From IMG/VR virus record IMGVR_UViG_3300025127_007337, positions 1-62,259 of that record: 62,259 bases of DNA. One strand, written 5' to 3'. The position numbers and the translations under genes are program-made. This DNA is from a virus. Lineage: Duplodnaviria; Caudoviricetes. The notes under the pieces are model-generated. The model was not told the origin of the DNA. It searched no databases and saw nothing but the letters and a program-made list of their open reading frames with translations. Shown one piece after another: positions 45,112-55,200 of the stretch. The first letter of the stretch is position 1. Each line of letters starts with the position of its first letter.

Positions 45112-45121
45112 AGGAGAAAAA

Positions 45122-46126
45122 ATGAAAAAAGCATTAGTATGTGGAGCAGGTGGGTTTATTGGCGGCCACTTGGTTAAGTATTTAAAAGCCAAAGGATATT
45201 GGGTCAGGGGTGTTGATTTAAAATACAACGAGTGGCAACCTGTAGACGAATACGCTGATGAGTTTATTCAAGGCGATTTAAGAGATATCTCAGTTGTATC
45301 TTCAGTTATAGACGAAGATATGGATGAAATATACCAATTAGCAGCAGATATGGGTGGGGCTGGATTCGTATTTACAGGTAATAACGATGCTGACATTATG
45401 CATAATTCTAGTTTAGTAAACTTGAATATAGCTCATGAGGCAACAAAGAAGAAGGTTAAGAAAGTATTCTACTCTTCATCTGCTTGTATGTATCCTGAAC
45501 ATAATCAATTGGACCCAGATAACCCAAATTGCGTAGAAGAGTCAGCATATCCTGCAAACCCAGACTCTGATTATGGTTGGGAAAAATTGTTTTCTGAAAG
45601 GCTCTTTCTTGCTTTTTACAGAAACAAAGGTCTTGAAGTTAGAATTGCAAGATTCCATAATATATTTGGTGAATATGGGTCTTGGACAGGTGGTAGAGAG
45701 AAAGCACCCGCTGCATTCTGTAGAAAAGTTGCTGAATGTGAAGATGGAGGTACTATAGAAGTATGGGGTCCCGGTAATCAAACTAGGTCTTTTTTGCATG
45801 TTAATGAGTGTTGTGAGGCTGTTTATCGCTTGATGCAGTCTAATTTTACTGGACCAGTAAACATTGGGTCTGAAGATATGATTTCTATAAATGATTTTGC
45901 ACAAATGGCTATTGATATTTCTGGAAAAAATATTTCAATATATAATATTGATGGTCAAGAGTTTGAAGATAAATATGGCCATAAATGTCCAATTGGAGTT
46001 AATGGCAGAAACTCAGATAACACACTTTACCGAAACAAAATAGGCTGGGAAGTGTCTGAGCCTCTTATAAAAGGTATGACACGAACTTATGAGTGGATTG
46101 ATAAGCAAGTAAAGGAGAAAAAATAA
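45122..46126 (+). CDS. GDP-mannose 3',5'-epimerase-like
   Basis: LAADMGGAGF, SSSACMYP, YGWEKL, GGREKAPAAFCRK. Confidence 0.9.
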   Translation: MKKALVCGAGGFIGGHLVKYLKAKGYWVRGVDLKYNEWQPVDEYADEFIQGDLRDISVVSSVIDEDMDEIYQLAADMGGAGFVFTGNNDADIMHNSSLVNLNIAHEATKKKVKKVFYSSSACMYPEHNQLDPDNPNCVEESAYPANPDSDYGWEKLFSERLFLAFYRNKGLEVRIARFHNIFGEYGSWTGGREKAPAAFCRKVAECEDGGTIEVWGPGNQTRSFLHVNECCEAVYRLMQSNFTGPVNIGSEDMISINDFAQMAIDISGKNISIYNIDGQEFEDKYGHKCPIGVNGRNSDNTLYRNKIGWEVSEPLIKGMTRTYEWIDKQVKEKK

Positions 46127-46127
46127 G

Positions 46128-47000
46128 ATGGCTAAGTGTCTAGTTACGGGTCATTGTGGATACATTGGTTCAAAATTATATAAAAAGTTGAAGGATCTTG
46201 GTCACGAAGTCATCGGGATTGATCTAAAACAAGGTAACGATTTGCTAAAATTGTTAAAGGAAGACAATGATGGTTTGTTTCATCCACACTATTTTAACTT
46301 TAAACCAGAGTATGTGTTTCACATGGCTTGTTGGCCAAGGATAGGACTATGTTTAGAAAAGCCAGTTCCAACATCCGAAAACAATATCCTTGGCGGCTCA
46401 ATAGTTTTAAATTTTGCAAGAAAAGTAGGTTCTGTAAAGAGACTTGTGTACTCCAGCTCTTCATCAGTTGTTGGAAATGGGTATGGACCAACCAACCCTT
46501 ATGCGTTACAAAAATACACAACAGAGTTAGAGACCTCAATATATTCACAAGTTTATGGTCTAGAGACAGTTAGTTTGAGATATTTTAATGTTTATTCCGA
46601 GGATCAAACAACTGAGGGTCCTTATGCTACTGCTGTTGCTAACTGGATGGAAAGCATTAGATCTAACAAGAAACCATTTATAACAGGAGATGGTGAACAA
46701 CGTAGAGATATGATTCATGCTGATGATGTAGTTTTGGCTAATATCTTTGCTATGGAATATGATAAGAAATTTAATGGGAAACATTTTGATATAGGAACTG
46801 GAACAAATATATCATTGAATGAAGTTAAAAACATAATCCACAAATATCACAACATTGAATTTGATTATGTAAAAGAAAGACCTGGCGAAGTCTTAAAAAC
46901 AAAAGCCAATACTCTGCCTTTAAAAAAACTAGGCTGGAGTCATTCTATCTCTATAGAAGATGGAATTACCAATTGTTTTAATTTTAGGAGAAAAAAATGA
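46128..47000 (+). CDS. NDP-sugar 4-epimerase-like SDR
   Basis: GHCGYIG, SSSS, YALQK, LRYFNVY, GDGEQRRD. Confidence 0.88.
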   Translation: MAKCLVTGHCGYIGSKLYKKLKDLGHEVIGIDLKQGNDLLKLLKEDNDGLFHPHYFNFKPEYVFHMACWPRIGLCLEKPVPTSENNILGGSIVLNFARKVGSVKRLVYSSSSSVVGNGYGPTNPYALQKYTTELETSIYSQVYGLETVSLRYFNVYSEDQTTEGPYATAVANWMESIRSNKKPFITGDGEQRRDMIHADDVVLANIFAMEYDKKFNGKHFDIGTGTNISLNEVKNIIHKYHNIEFDYVKERPGEVLKTKANTLPLKKLGWSHSISIEDGITNCFNFRRKK

Positions 47001-47851
47001 ATATAGGAATTATTGGACAAGGATTTGTAGGATCAGCAATTAGAGAAGGATTAAAAAATTATTATAAAATCTATACCTATGATATTGATCAAGAAAAGTG
47101 TAACTCTACACTTATGGATTTAATAGTAAACTGTGGTATAATATTTCAATGTCTACCCACTCCGATGTCGAGTGACGGAGAGTGTGACTTGTCTATAGTT
47201 GAAGAGTCACTTAAAAAAATTAACAATTTAACATCAGCTATACAAGATAAGCCAATAGTAATTATTAAATCAACAGTTCCCCCTGGAACAACAGAGAAAC
47301 TTAATAAAAAAAATAGAAACCTAAATGTTATATTCAGTCCAGAATTTTTAACTGAAGCTAACCACATAGATGACTTTAAAAACCAAACAAGGATAATACT
47401 TGGAGGCCCAAGACCTTATACAACAAAAGTAAAAACTATGTTTAGAAAAGCTTTTCCAAAAATTCCAATTGTAAAGACTGGCTATAAAACTGCTGAGATG
47501 GTTAAATATTTTTTAAATAATTTTTTAACTGTAAAAGTATTATTTGCTAATGAGATGTATCAAATCTGTGAAGAGTTAGGAATAGATTATGATAAAGTAA
47601 CAGAATACTCCTTATATGATACGAGGATTGGTAGAAGTCACTTGGCTGTCCCAGGACCTGATGGAGATTTTGGTGTTGGTGGCCACTGTTTTCCAAAAGA
47701 TTTAGCAGCAATGATTTATTTATCTGAACAACTTGGAATAGATCCACAAATACTAAAGTGTGTTCAAAACAAAAACGAAAAAATAAGAACAAATAAAGAC
47801 TGGCTCTCTATGGAGGGTCGAGCAATTTCAAAAAAGGAGAAAAAACAATGA
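46997..47851 (+). CDS. UDP-glucose/GDP-mannose 6-dehydrogenase (lacks the C-terminal domain)
   Basis: GQGFVG, KSTVPPGTT, PEFL, GGHCFPKD. Confidence 0.9.
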   Translation: MNIGIIGQGFVGSAIREGLKNYYKIYTYDIDQEKCNSTLMDLIVNCGIIFQCLPTPMSSDGECDLSIVEESLKKINNLTSAIQDKPIVIIKSTVPPGTTEKLNKKNRNLNVIFSPEFLTEANHIDDFKNQTRIILGGPRPYTTKVKTMFRKAFPKIPIVKTGYKTAEMVKYFLNNFLTVKVLFANEMYQICEELGIDYDKVTEYSLYDTRIGRSHLAVPGPDGDFGVGGHCFPKDLAAMIYLSEQLGIDPQILKCVQNKNEKIRTNKDWLSMEGRAISKKEKKQ

Positions 47852-48033
47852 AATTATCTGATCAAGCACTTGGAGCTATTATGATGGCTCTTCAAAAAGC
47901 TCTAACAGAGCAAACAGACATAGTTCCTGTTCTCAAATCATTTGAGCTGGATCTAATGGACAATGGAGAGCTTCTTGTTAAGAACCCTCCTATTGTTAAA
48001 ACAAATGTAAAAGTTGGCGTTAAAGATGCCTAG
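47848..48033 (+). CDS. Conserved phage hypothetical protein
   Basis: MKLSDQALGAIMMALQK...VKNPP; AAGGAG RBS. Confidence 0.75.
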   Translation: MKLSDQALGAIMMALQKALTEQTDIVPVLKSFELDLMDNGELLVKNPPIVKTNVKVGVKDA

Positions 48034-48274
48034 GTACGTTTATAGATGTACAAAATGCGAAGGAGAGTTTCAGGTTCGTCATGGTATGAGTGAAACTCAA
48101 GAACATTGTGAACTATGTGAGGCTACAGGAACTCTTCAACGCATTCCTCAATTAACTTCTATTTCAAAACCTCCGTCGGAAGAGGGAAAGAGAATTAAAG
48201 AAGCAATTGAGGATAATAAAAAAATCTTTAAAGAACTATATAACGAAGCGAGGACACAAACATATGACGATTGA
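48026..48274 (+). CDS. FmdB-like zinc-ribbon protein
   Basis: MPRYVYRCTKC...CELC. Confidence 0.85.
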   Translation: MPRYVYRCTKCEGEFQVRHGMSETQEHCELCEATGTLQRIPQLTSISKPPSEEGKRIKEAIEDNKKIFKELYNEARTQTYDD

Positions 48275-48689
48275 TGCTGCTCTTACAATTGTGCTTTTAG
48301 TGAGCTTAGGATGCAATCTGTTGGCCGCTGTTTACATTAGAGACATACTAGGTAGGCTTGGCTGGTTAACGCAAAATATAGGCAATTTAACGCAATTAAT
48401 TAGGGGTTTTCAAAACCACATTAGAGGTGTTCATGAACTTGAAAAATTTTATGGAGATCAAGATATGAAATTACTTGTTCAGCACACAAGTGATTTGATA
48501 GAGGTCATGGATGATTATTTAGAGGTTGGATTGGATTCTGAATTAATCGAGGAACAACTAACCGAGGACGAAACAAATGACACAACGCAAAAGAAAGAAA
48601 AGAACAAAGAGGATGTATTTTACTCAGATACACGAGGACGCGATTCTGAAGTATTGCGATCCGGCTACGACTTATCAGGAAAGGTGTAG
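48264..48689 (+). CDS. Membrane-anchored hypothetical protein
   Basis: GAGG RBS; N-terminal TM segment; ELEKFYGD..L..H motif. Confidence 0.7.
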   Translation: MTIDAALTIVLLVSLGCNLLAAVYIRDILGRLGWLTQNIGNLTQLIRGFQNHIRGVHELEKFYGDQDMKLLVQHTSDLIEVMDDYLEVGLDSELIEEQLTEDETNDTTQKKEKNKEDVFYSDTRGRDSEVLRSGYDLSGKV

Positions 48690-49275
48690 CTTATATGAAG
48701 GATTAATACAACCAGCATTTTCTGAAATGGTTGATAAAATAGTTTTTACTTATCGCTTTACCACTCTACCCAATATAGAAGAACTAAGATCAGATTGCAA
48801 AGTTTGGCTTACAACTATACTTGCTAAGTATGACCCAAATCGTGGATCAAAAGCTTTTTCGTATTTTTCTGTTATAACAAAGAACTGGTTTATAGCTCAA
48901 GTAAAGAAAAACTCTAAAAGAGCAAAACGAGAAGTTGATATAAATGATGTTGGTAAAGAAGTCTTTATGAAAATGGAAGACACAGCTACACCAGTTTTAG
49001 ATAACTTAACTCAAAAAGAATTTTGGGAGCAGTTTTACAAGAACTTAAACTCTTGGGATTCTACTAAGATGTCTGAGAATGAGTTGTTAGTTTATAATTC
49101 AATAAGAGAGCTTTTTGCTCATTCTCAAGAACTAGATATGTTGAATAAAAAAGCTGTTTATCTTTATATGAGAGAGATGACTGGTCTTACAACAAAGCAA
49201 ATAGTATCTCAATTAAATAAAATGAAAACAAAATATCACTCTTTTAGGAAAGATTGGGATGATGGTAAAATTTAG
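48577..49275 (+). CDS. Phage late sigma factor (T4 gp55-like)
   Basis: YFT...AI..Y; YDPNRGSKAFSYFSVITKNW (region-2-like); located before the structural genes. Confidence 0.75.
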   Translation: MTQRKRKKRTKRMYFTQIHEDAILKYCDPATTYQERCSLYEGLIQPAFSEMVDKIVFTYRFTTLPNIEELRSDCKVWLTTILAKYDPNRGSKAFSYFSVITKNWFIAQVKKNSKRAKREVDINDVGKEVFMKMEDTATPVLDNLTQKEFWEQFYKNLNSWDSTKMSENELLVYNSIRELFAHSQELDMLNKKAVYLYMREMTGLTTKQIVSQLNKMKTKYHSFRKDWDDGKI

Positions 49276-49292
49276 CTAAGACTAATTATTAT

Positions 49293-49592
49293 ATGTCAAA
49301 AAAATTAGATCAAATTATACAAAAAACACTTGCTAACATAGAAGAGGATCGGTTAGTTACTCGAGATCTACTTGAGGATGCTATGGAGTATCTTGCAAAA
49401 GACGAGCACCGTCATAGAGAAATTGGCCTTACTTTGGCTAAGTACGTTGAAACCCTCCAGCGTTCAAACGAACAAATGGTAAAGGTTGCTTCTTTAATCC
49501 AGAAAGAAGAGAAAAAAGATGATGGTATTTCCAAAGAAGAAATGGAAAACTTATTCTCTGCTATAGCTGAGGAAAAAGAAGATGAAGTTTGA
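49293..49592 (+). CDS. Conserved coiled-coil hypothetical protein
   Basis: KYVETLQRSNEQ motif; ACTAATTA 4 nt upstream. Confidence 0.75.
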   Translation: MSKKLDQIIQKTLANIEEDRLVTRDLLEDAMEYLAKDEHRHREIGLTLAKYVETLQRSNEQMVKVASLIQKEEKKDDGISKEEMENLFSAIAEEKEDEV

Positions 49593-51309
49593 TTTAACTA
49601 ATATTTTTGATCTTTTAGCTGATCCCTTATCTAGACTTAACGTAAAGAATGATTTTTTTCAAGAAATGCTAGAGAAAGTACTTGGAGATGAAAAAAAGGT
49701 TGTATATAAAGGCTCGGTTTTGGAAGTCATCGATTTAGGCAAAGGAACTAGTGCCCCTTCTGCACCAACAGCAGGATCTGAAACTAGATATGCTATAAGG
49801 GCTAGAATAGAAGAATTACACGGAAGTGTTCCATTAGAAGAGTATATAACTCAAAAAAAACCTAACGGACAAATAAACAAGCTAATTGATACGCATGAAA
49901 TAATTTACTCTGTGGATCCTACAAACTCTGGTATCGGAGCAACAGGAGAGATGTATGTTCCAAAAGCTGGTGATGTGGTGGAAATAATAGAAGTAGATAA
50001 AAATACTTATAGATTTGGTAAAAAACTAGATGTAAATGAAAACATAGCAGGTTTTGTAAAAGTCACAGATCCTGCACTACAAGATAGTCCTAGTACTTTT
50101 GTCCCTAGTCTTAGTCAAGATTTTCAGAATGGTCAAGGCTATAACCCAAACGCTTTATCGGGTCCAGCCTCAGCAGGATTGAATGATCAAGGACCTGTAA
50201 AAGAAGCTGCACTAGCAGGTGATTTTTATGAAAATAGAGGCCTACCATGCTCTGGTTATGTAGCAATATGGGTAATGAATCAACTAGGATTGAAGCCTCA
50301 ACAATCACAGTGGAGAGATTGGAAGGCTTGGTCTAGATTAGATATTAATCTTTGGAAAACAATTAATTTAGTTGGTGGAGACTTAGGGGATACCTATAAT
50401 ATAGACGAAATACAAAAAAGACTTGGAGGGTCGGTGTCTAGATATTCTGAATCTCAAACCTTACCAAAACCAGGAACTGGTCCTGTGTTGACTCCTGGTC
50501 GATGGCATGTTGTTCAACATTGGTGTCCACCTGGGTCCTCTGGAGGATACCCATCTGGTCACATTTATTTGATCTACTGGGATGGTAGTGACAAAGTTTT
50601 AAAATGGCACAGCAGTCACAGACATAGGTATAGAGAAGAAACCAAGTCTTTAAGTAGTTGGTGGGGAGGAGGTTGTAAAAAAGCAATAGTGACATTACCA
50701 ATTGGCGATATGAGTATATCAGCACCAGGAGGTTCTTTTTCTAATATTGTATTTGAGCTAGAATCTAAAATACCAATTCAAAGTGGATTGATAACTTCGT
50801 TATCTTTAAATGACTTAACTGCAAGAGTTGAGCAAGAATATACCCTCTGGAGTGGCAAAAAAGAGACAGACCCAACAGTCTATGAAGTATTAAAGAAATA
50901 TTGGGATAATATACAGTACGGAACTTGGACCCCAAGTGGAACACCATGGTCCGCCTCTTTTATATCTTGGATAGTTGGGGATTCTACATTTCCAAAAGCA
51001 GCTGCACATCGATTGTACGCTGAATCTGCCTTGAACAATAGACTAGCTAATAATGGAAGCTGGCATTTATTTTCGTTGATGCGAGAAACACCAGTGGTTG
51101 CAATTGGTGATGTTATGGTCAGGCCAAGGGACGGAAGCTACACTAACACGCATGGAGACATTGTTTGGAAGATAGAAAACAACACAGCCTATCTAGCCGG
51201 TGGTAACTTAAGTGACACAATGAAGAAAAACATAACTATATCACTTAATGATAATAATACTGTAAAAGATCCAAAAGGTTATAAAATAATATTAAAAAAG
51301 GTGGTTTAA
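49582..51309 (+). CDS. Baseplate hub/gp5-position protein with peptidoglycan peptidase domains
   Basis: N-terminal OB-like region (RARI..., PKAGDVV); CSGYV...GHI (NlpC/P60-like); WSASFISW..HGDIV..GGN (DUF2272/CHAP-like). Confidence 0.65.
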   Translation: MKFDLTNIFDLLADPLSRLNVKNDFFQEMLEKVLGDEKKVVYKGSVLEVIDLGKGTSAPSAPTAGSETRYAIRARIEELHGSVPLEEYITQKKPNGQINKLIDTHEIIYSVDPTNSGIGATGEMYVPKAGDVVEIIEVDKNTYRFGKKLDVNENIAGFVKVTDPALQDSPSTFVPSLSQDFQNGQGYNPNALSGPASAGLNDQGPVKEAALAGDFYENRGLPCSGYVAIWVMNQLGLKPQQSQWRDWKAWSRLDINLWKTINLVGGDLGDTYNIDEIQKRLGGSVSRYSESQTLPKPGTGPVLTPGRWHVVQHWCPPGSSGGYPSGHIYLIYWDGSDKVLKWHSSHRHRYREETKSLSSWWGGGCKKAIVTLPIGDMSISAPGGSFSNIVFELESKIPIQSGLITSLSLNDLTARVEQEYTLWSGKKETDPTVYEVLKKYWDNIQYGTWTPSGTPWSASFISWIVGDSTFPKAAAHRLYAESALNNRLANNGSWHLFSLMRETPVVAIGDVMVRPRDGSYTNTHGDIVWKIENNTAYLAGGNLSDTMKKNITISLNDNNTVKDPKGYKIILKKVV

Positions 51310-51310
51310 A

Positions 51311-52243
51311 ATGAGTAAAAAAATATCAAGAGTATTAAAAAGTGAATTAGAAAATTTAATTGACAAAGGTAGTCTTAATGGGTTCTTAGGAACAGAGATA
51401 CCTGCGACCAAGGCTTTAGGAGTTGGAGAAGATAGACCAACTTACATATCAGCAGAATCAGAAAAAGTTGTATCTAAAAACAATTCTTATATAATTTTAG
51501 GAAACGATAGGCTTGGTGACGTTGCTCATGGTTTTGGTGGCTTAGGAACACCAAATTCAAATTGCATAGATCTGGTGGTTGGTTTAGGGTCCTCTAATAT
51601 AAATGGAACTGTTAAAGGTGCTTTTCTAACAGCAGACGATTATGTTAACAAAGATCCTGTAAAAGATGCTGCGAGAATATACATATCACAGAGGGCTGAC
51701 CTAGATGCATATTTTAATGAAAAAGGTGGTTCAAACTATAAAGATAAAAAAAATAAAGGTGTTTCTGGTATAGCTTTAAAAGCTGATACAATATTGATGC
51801 AAGGCAGAAGAAATATAAAAATAAAAGCTGGTCTTTCACTACCAAGTGAATCAGACGCTCATGGAGCTAAGGTACCTCCACCAAAAATCGAACTAATAGC
51901 AGGTGGAAAACTTGAACCAGTAGTGAAGGGGAATAAATTGGTGGCTTGCCTTAGAAAAATGCATAAACAAATCTCTTCAAATAGAGCTATTATAATAAAA
52001 CTATGCAAACAAAATGTAAAGTTAAGAGGCCAATTGGCAGGACATGTACACCCAACAAACACTGGTATAGCGTTACCGTCACCTAATATGATAGCCCATG
52101 CAGCTACAAATATTCCAAAAGATATTGCTGATATTTTGGATCAAATGACAAAGGAAGCGCAACTTGGAATAGATATTCTTAATCACTTGAATATGCCAAA
52201 TAGAAACAAGTACATACTTAGTAGCAGAGTATACACATCGTAG
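51311..52243 (+). CDS. Baseplate spike (gp5 C-terminal-like) protein
   Basis: NSYIILGNDR, DAARIYISQ, KAD, EPVVKGNKL, HVH apex motif. Confidence 0.65.
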   Translation: MSKKISRVLKSELENLIDKGSLNGFLGTEIPATKALGVGEDRPTYISAESEKVVSKNNSYIILGNDRLGDVAHGFGGLGTPNSNCIDLVVGLGSSNINGTVKGAFLTADDYVNKDPVKDAARIYISQRADLDAYFNEKGGSNYKDKKNKGVSGIALKADTILMQGRRNIKIKAGLSLPSESDAHGAKVPPPKIELIAGGKLEPVVKGNKLVACLRKMHKQISSNRAIIIKLCKQNVKLRGQLAGHVHPTNTGIALPSPNMIAHAATNIPKDIADILDQMTKEAQLGIDILNHLNMPNRNKYILSSRVYTS

Positions 52244-52251
52244 GAAACAAA

Positions 52252-55200
52252 ATGTCAGAAATTAAAAAATACCAAGATCTAGTTTGTGATAAAACAGAAA
52301 TAATAGAAGAGAAAAAGCCCGAAGAGGTAGAATGTAAAGAAGAAGAAAAAAAAGATGAAATAAAAACTAGAATTCTGCTTCCCGAACTTGCAAAAACCCA
52401 AGATCCTCAAGTAAAAACTATTATATTTAATGGTGTTTCTGTAGATGTTGATGACGAGCCACTAGATTTTAATAATGAAAATATCACAAAGGATTTTTCG
52501 GAGCTTGGTAATTTATTTAAGCAATATGTGAAGTTTCAAAAAATGCTTTTGTTTACTCAAGGGTCTAGGCTTACACTAAACGGTAAGAAATTTTATATTG
52601 GAAAAGAAGGAGTAAGGTTACTGAAATTTTCTAGACAACTAAAAAGAGCAATAAGAAAAAACTTTAGCAGAAAAAACAGCGGAGTTTCTTTAGGTGATTT
52701 AGCTGATTTGGAAATTAATATAAAAAATAACAAGATAACTTCTATAACTATTAATAAAAAGAAGTGTGAACCAGTTGCACTAAAGGGTATATCAAAGCTG
52801 CTACGAACTCCAAAAACTACTGTAATGCTTGTTAATAATATTAAAAAAAACTTACCTTATTTAAAAGGTGTGGGCCCTAATACAAATTGGCTCAATGTGC
52901 TTAATAAAATAACTGACAACAAAATAAAGATAATGCCTCTTGTAAAAAGAGACTTGTCTTTTTTGAAAGACGATGTTTTTGAAAACCTAAGAGATAAACT
53001 ATTAGATGATGAAATGTCTTTGTCTGACTGCATACAGTTTTCTATATCTAATAGACAAATAAACACAAGATCAAAACATTGGGACAGAGAGCTGTCAAGA
53101 AAAACCAGAGATCTTTTTGCTGGTAACATAAGTTCCGAAGAGTATTCTTTAAATACTGGTGGCACGATACTTTCTAAAGGCAAGCTAAAAAAAGTTTTTT
53201 TGCAAAGCCTAGAGCCTAAAAAATTAAATGCAATTTTTGATGAGCTAAGAAAAATACTAGAGGAAGCAGATGATATAAGAGACATAGATCTCACTGGGTT
53301 TATTAACAAAGACTTTTTCCAGTCAATGAACTTGGACGCTTTAAAAAATATCTTATCTTTTTTAGATTTTAGAGATGCGGTTGAGGTAATATTTAAAAAA
53401 ATAATTGAAACAAAACCAGAAAGCATTGATATGGTTCTTAAAGAGCTTGGTGGTGATATTAAGGAGCAAATATGGGAAGAATTAAAGAAAAGATTAAAAA
53501 CAATCTCACTGTGCAAGATCGGCTCCTTTGCTGTTGATAAATTAGTCAATACACTACTAGATCAAATACCTGTTGATAATTTAGTTTCGGAAGTGATGGA
53601 GAAGAGTTTCGTATGTTCTGTTCAGTTTCCAGACCCAGAAGGTATCATTCGAAACACAAAAACAGAAATAAAAACTATGATAATAAATACAATTCGAGTT
53701 GAAATAGAAAACGTAGACATATGTGAACTGAGTGAGTTAAACTTAAAAGATCCAATTGTAGACTTAAGGTTTGATATAGAGGATTTAATAAGAGAAAAAG
53801 TGGAAAACTTTAAAACATTTGATGTCGAGTGTCCAATAACTATAGAGGAGATAAAAGAGTTATTAGAGAACTTTGGCGATGTTGTTGATAATTTGAGTGT
53901 AGACTCAATTCAAGGATTGTTACCAAACATAAATATCCTTCCAGGTGGTGAAGGGGACGGAGAAGGAGGAGGGTTTCCTTTTCCAAGACCATGGGATCAA
54001 GGAACCAGAGAGGAGAGAAATAGATCAGGAAACTACAAGAAACGGGGAGATATGCTTAACTCTTTTAAAGATATACCAAAACCAACTGCTCAAGATATAT
54101 ACAAAGCATACGGACAAGCATTTTTTTCTATACTAGAGTTTGACACCATCGTTGAAAAACTAAATGTACTCCCAGGCGGCGCATTCTTTAAGAACTTATT
54201 GAGTGGAGGTTTTTCCTTAAATGGAGACAATATATATGGTAGAATAGCAAGTTTACCTAAATTTTTAAAACTCGACCTTCTCCAAGGGGACACAAGCTTC
54301 TTGTTACCATCTATTCCTCAAATACCTAGTTTTACAAGTGGTGGCTGGCCTCTTATACTTGAAAAGCTAAAAAAACTAGCTATAAATAAACTATTAGATA
54401 TTGCCAACTCTTTGGTCATCTCTTTATTAATAAAACTATTAGATGCTTTAGAGGCATCCATAGATAATTTAATACAAAATTTAGCTAACCAAGCACTGGC
54501 TGCTGTTGGCTTAGGAGACTCACCAGAGGGTTCCCAGCCTGCTTTGAGCACACCAAACTCACAAGCATCCCAAGACGGAACTGGTGGCCCCTCTGGTACA
54601 GGTGGTGGCTCTAGTAGTGGATACCCAATAAGTCAAGATAGCGAAGGTATAGTAATTGATGTTCCATTTGAATCAAGACCAGTAAGGTCTGGAACAGGAT
54701 ATACTAGAGCACCGAGTACACCCTCAACAGGTGGATCTCCATTCTTAAGTCAAGACAACAGAAAAAACCCATTTAGAAAAATGGTCAATCAAATAATATG
54801 TGATGGCAACCTAGAAGGTAGCGAAGCCACACAAGAAAATATACTAGAAAACTCTGGTATACCTAGAGACAAAATGAGGGAGTTTATAGATTTTATAGGT
54901 GAAAACTTAAATACTTTTGAGTTTACTAATTTAATATTAGACCCTGATTCCCCATCATCAAGATTAGTGCACGAAAAGTTATTAAATAAGATAAGAACCA
55001 TGAACTTAGGACTATCAGATTTTTTTGAAGATATTGATGATTTTTCTATAATATTTGCGTCAATTAGCGATCTTTTAACTGAGCAAGAATTAGAAAGATT
55101 AGAATCACTAGAGCTTCTAGAGTCTAAGTTTAATCCAAATACCAATATTCCAATTTCAAATTCAATCTGCTTGGATAATGAAAAAAAACAAATACTCAAC

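Noticed and set aside
27295-47851. Bacterial LPS/capsule locus or eukaryotic giant-virus origin
   Set aside because: The cluster is contiguous with gp55-like sigma and gp25/gp6 baseplate genes, uses SD sequences and sigma70 promoters, and lacks wzx/wzy/wzm export genes.
52857-53549. Long minus-strand ORF (and similar antisense ORFs throughout the track)
   Set aside because: These are shadows of + strand genes: no RBS, and the S/F/L-rich composition expected from antisense codons.
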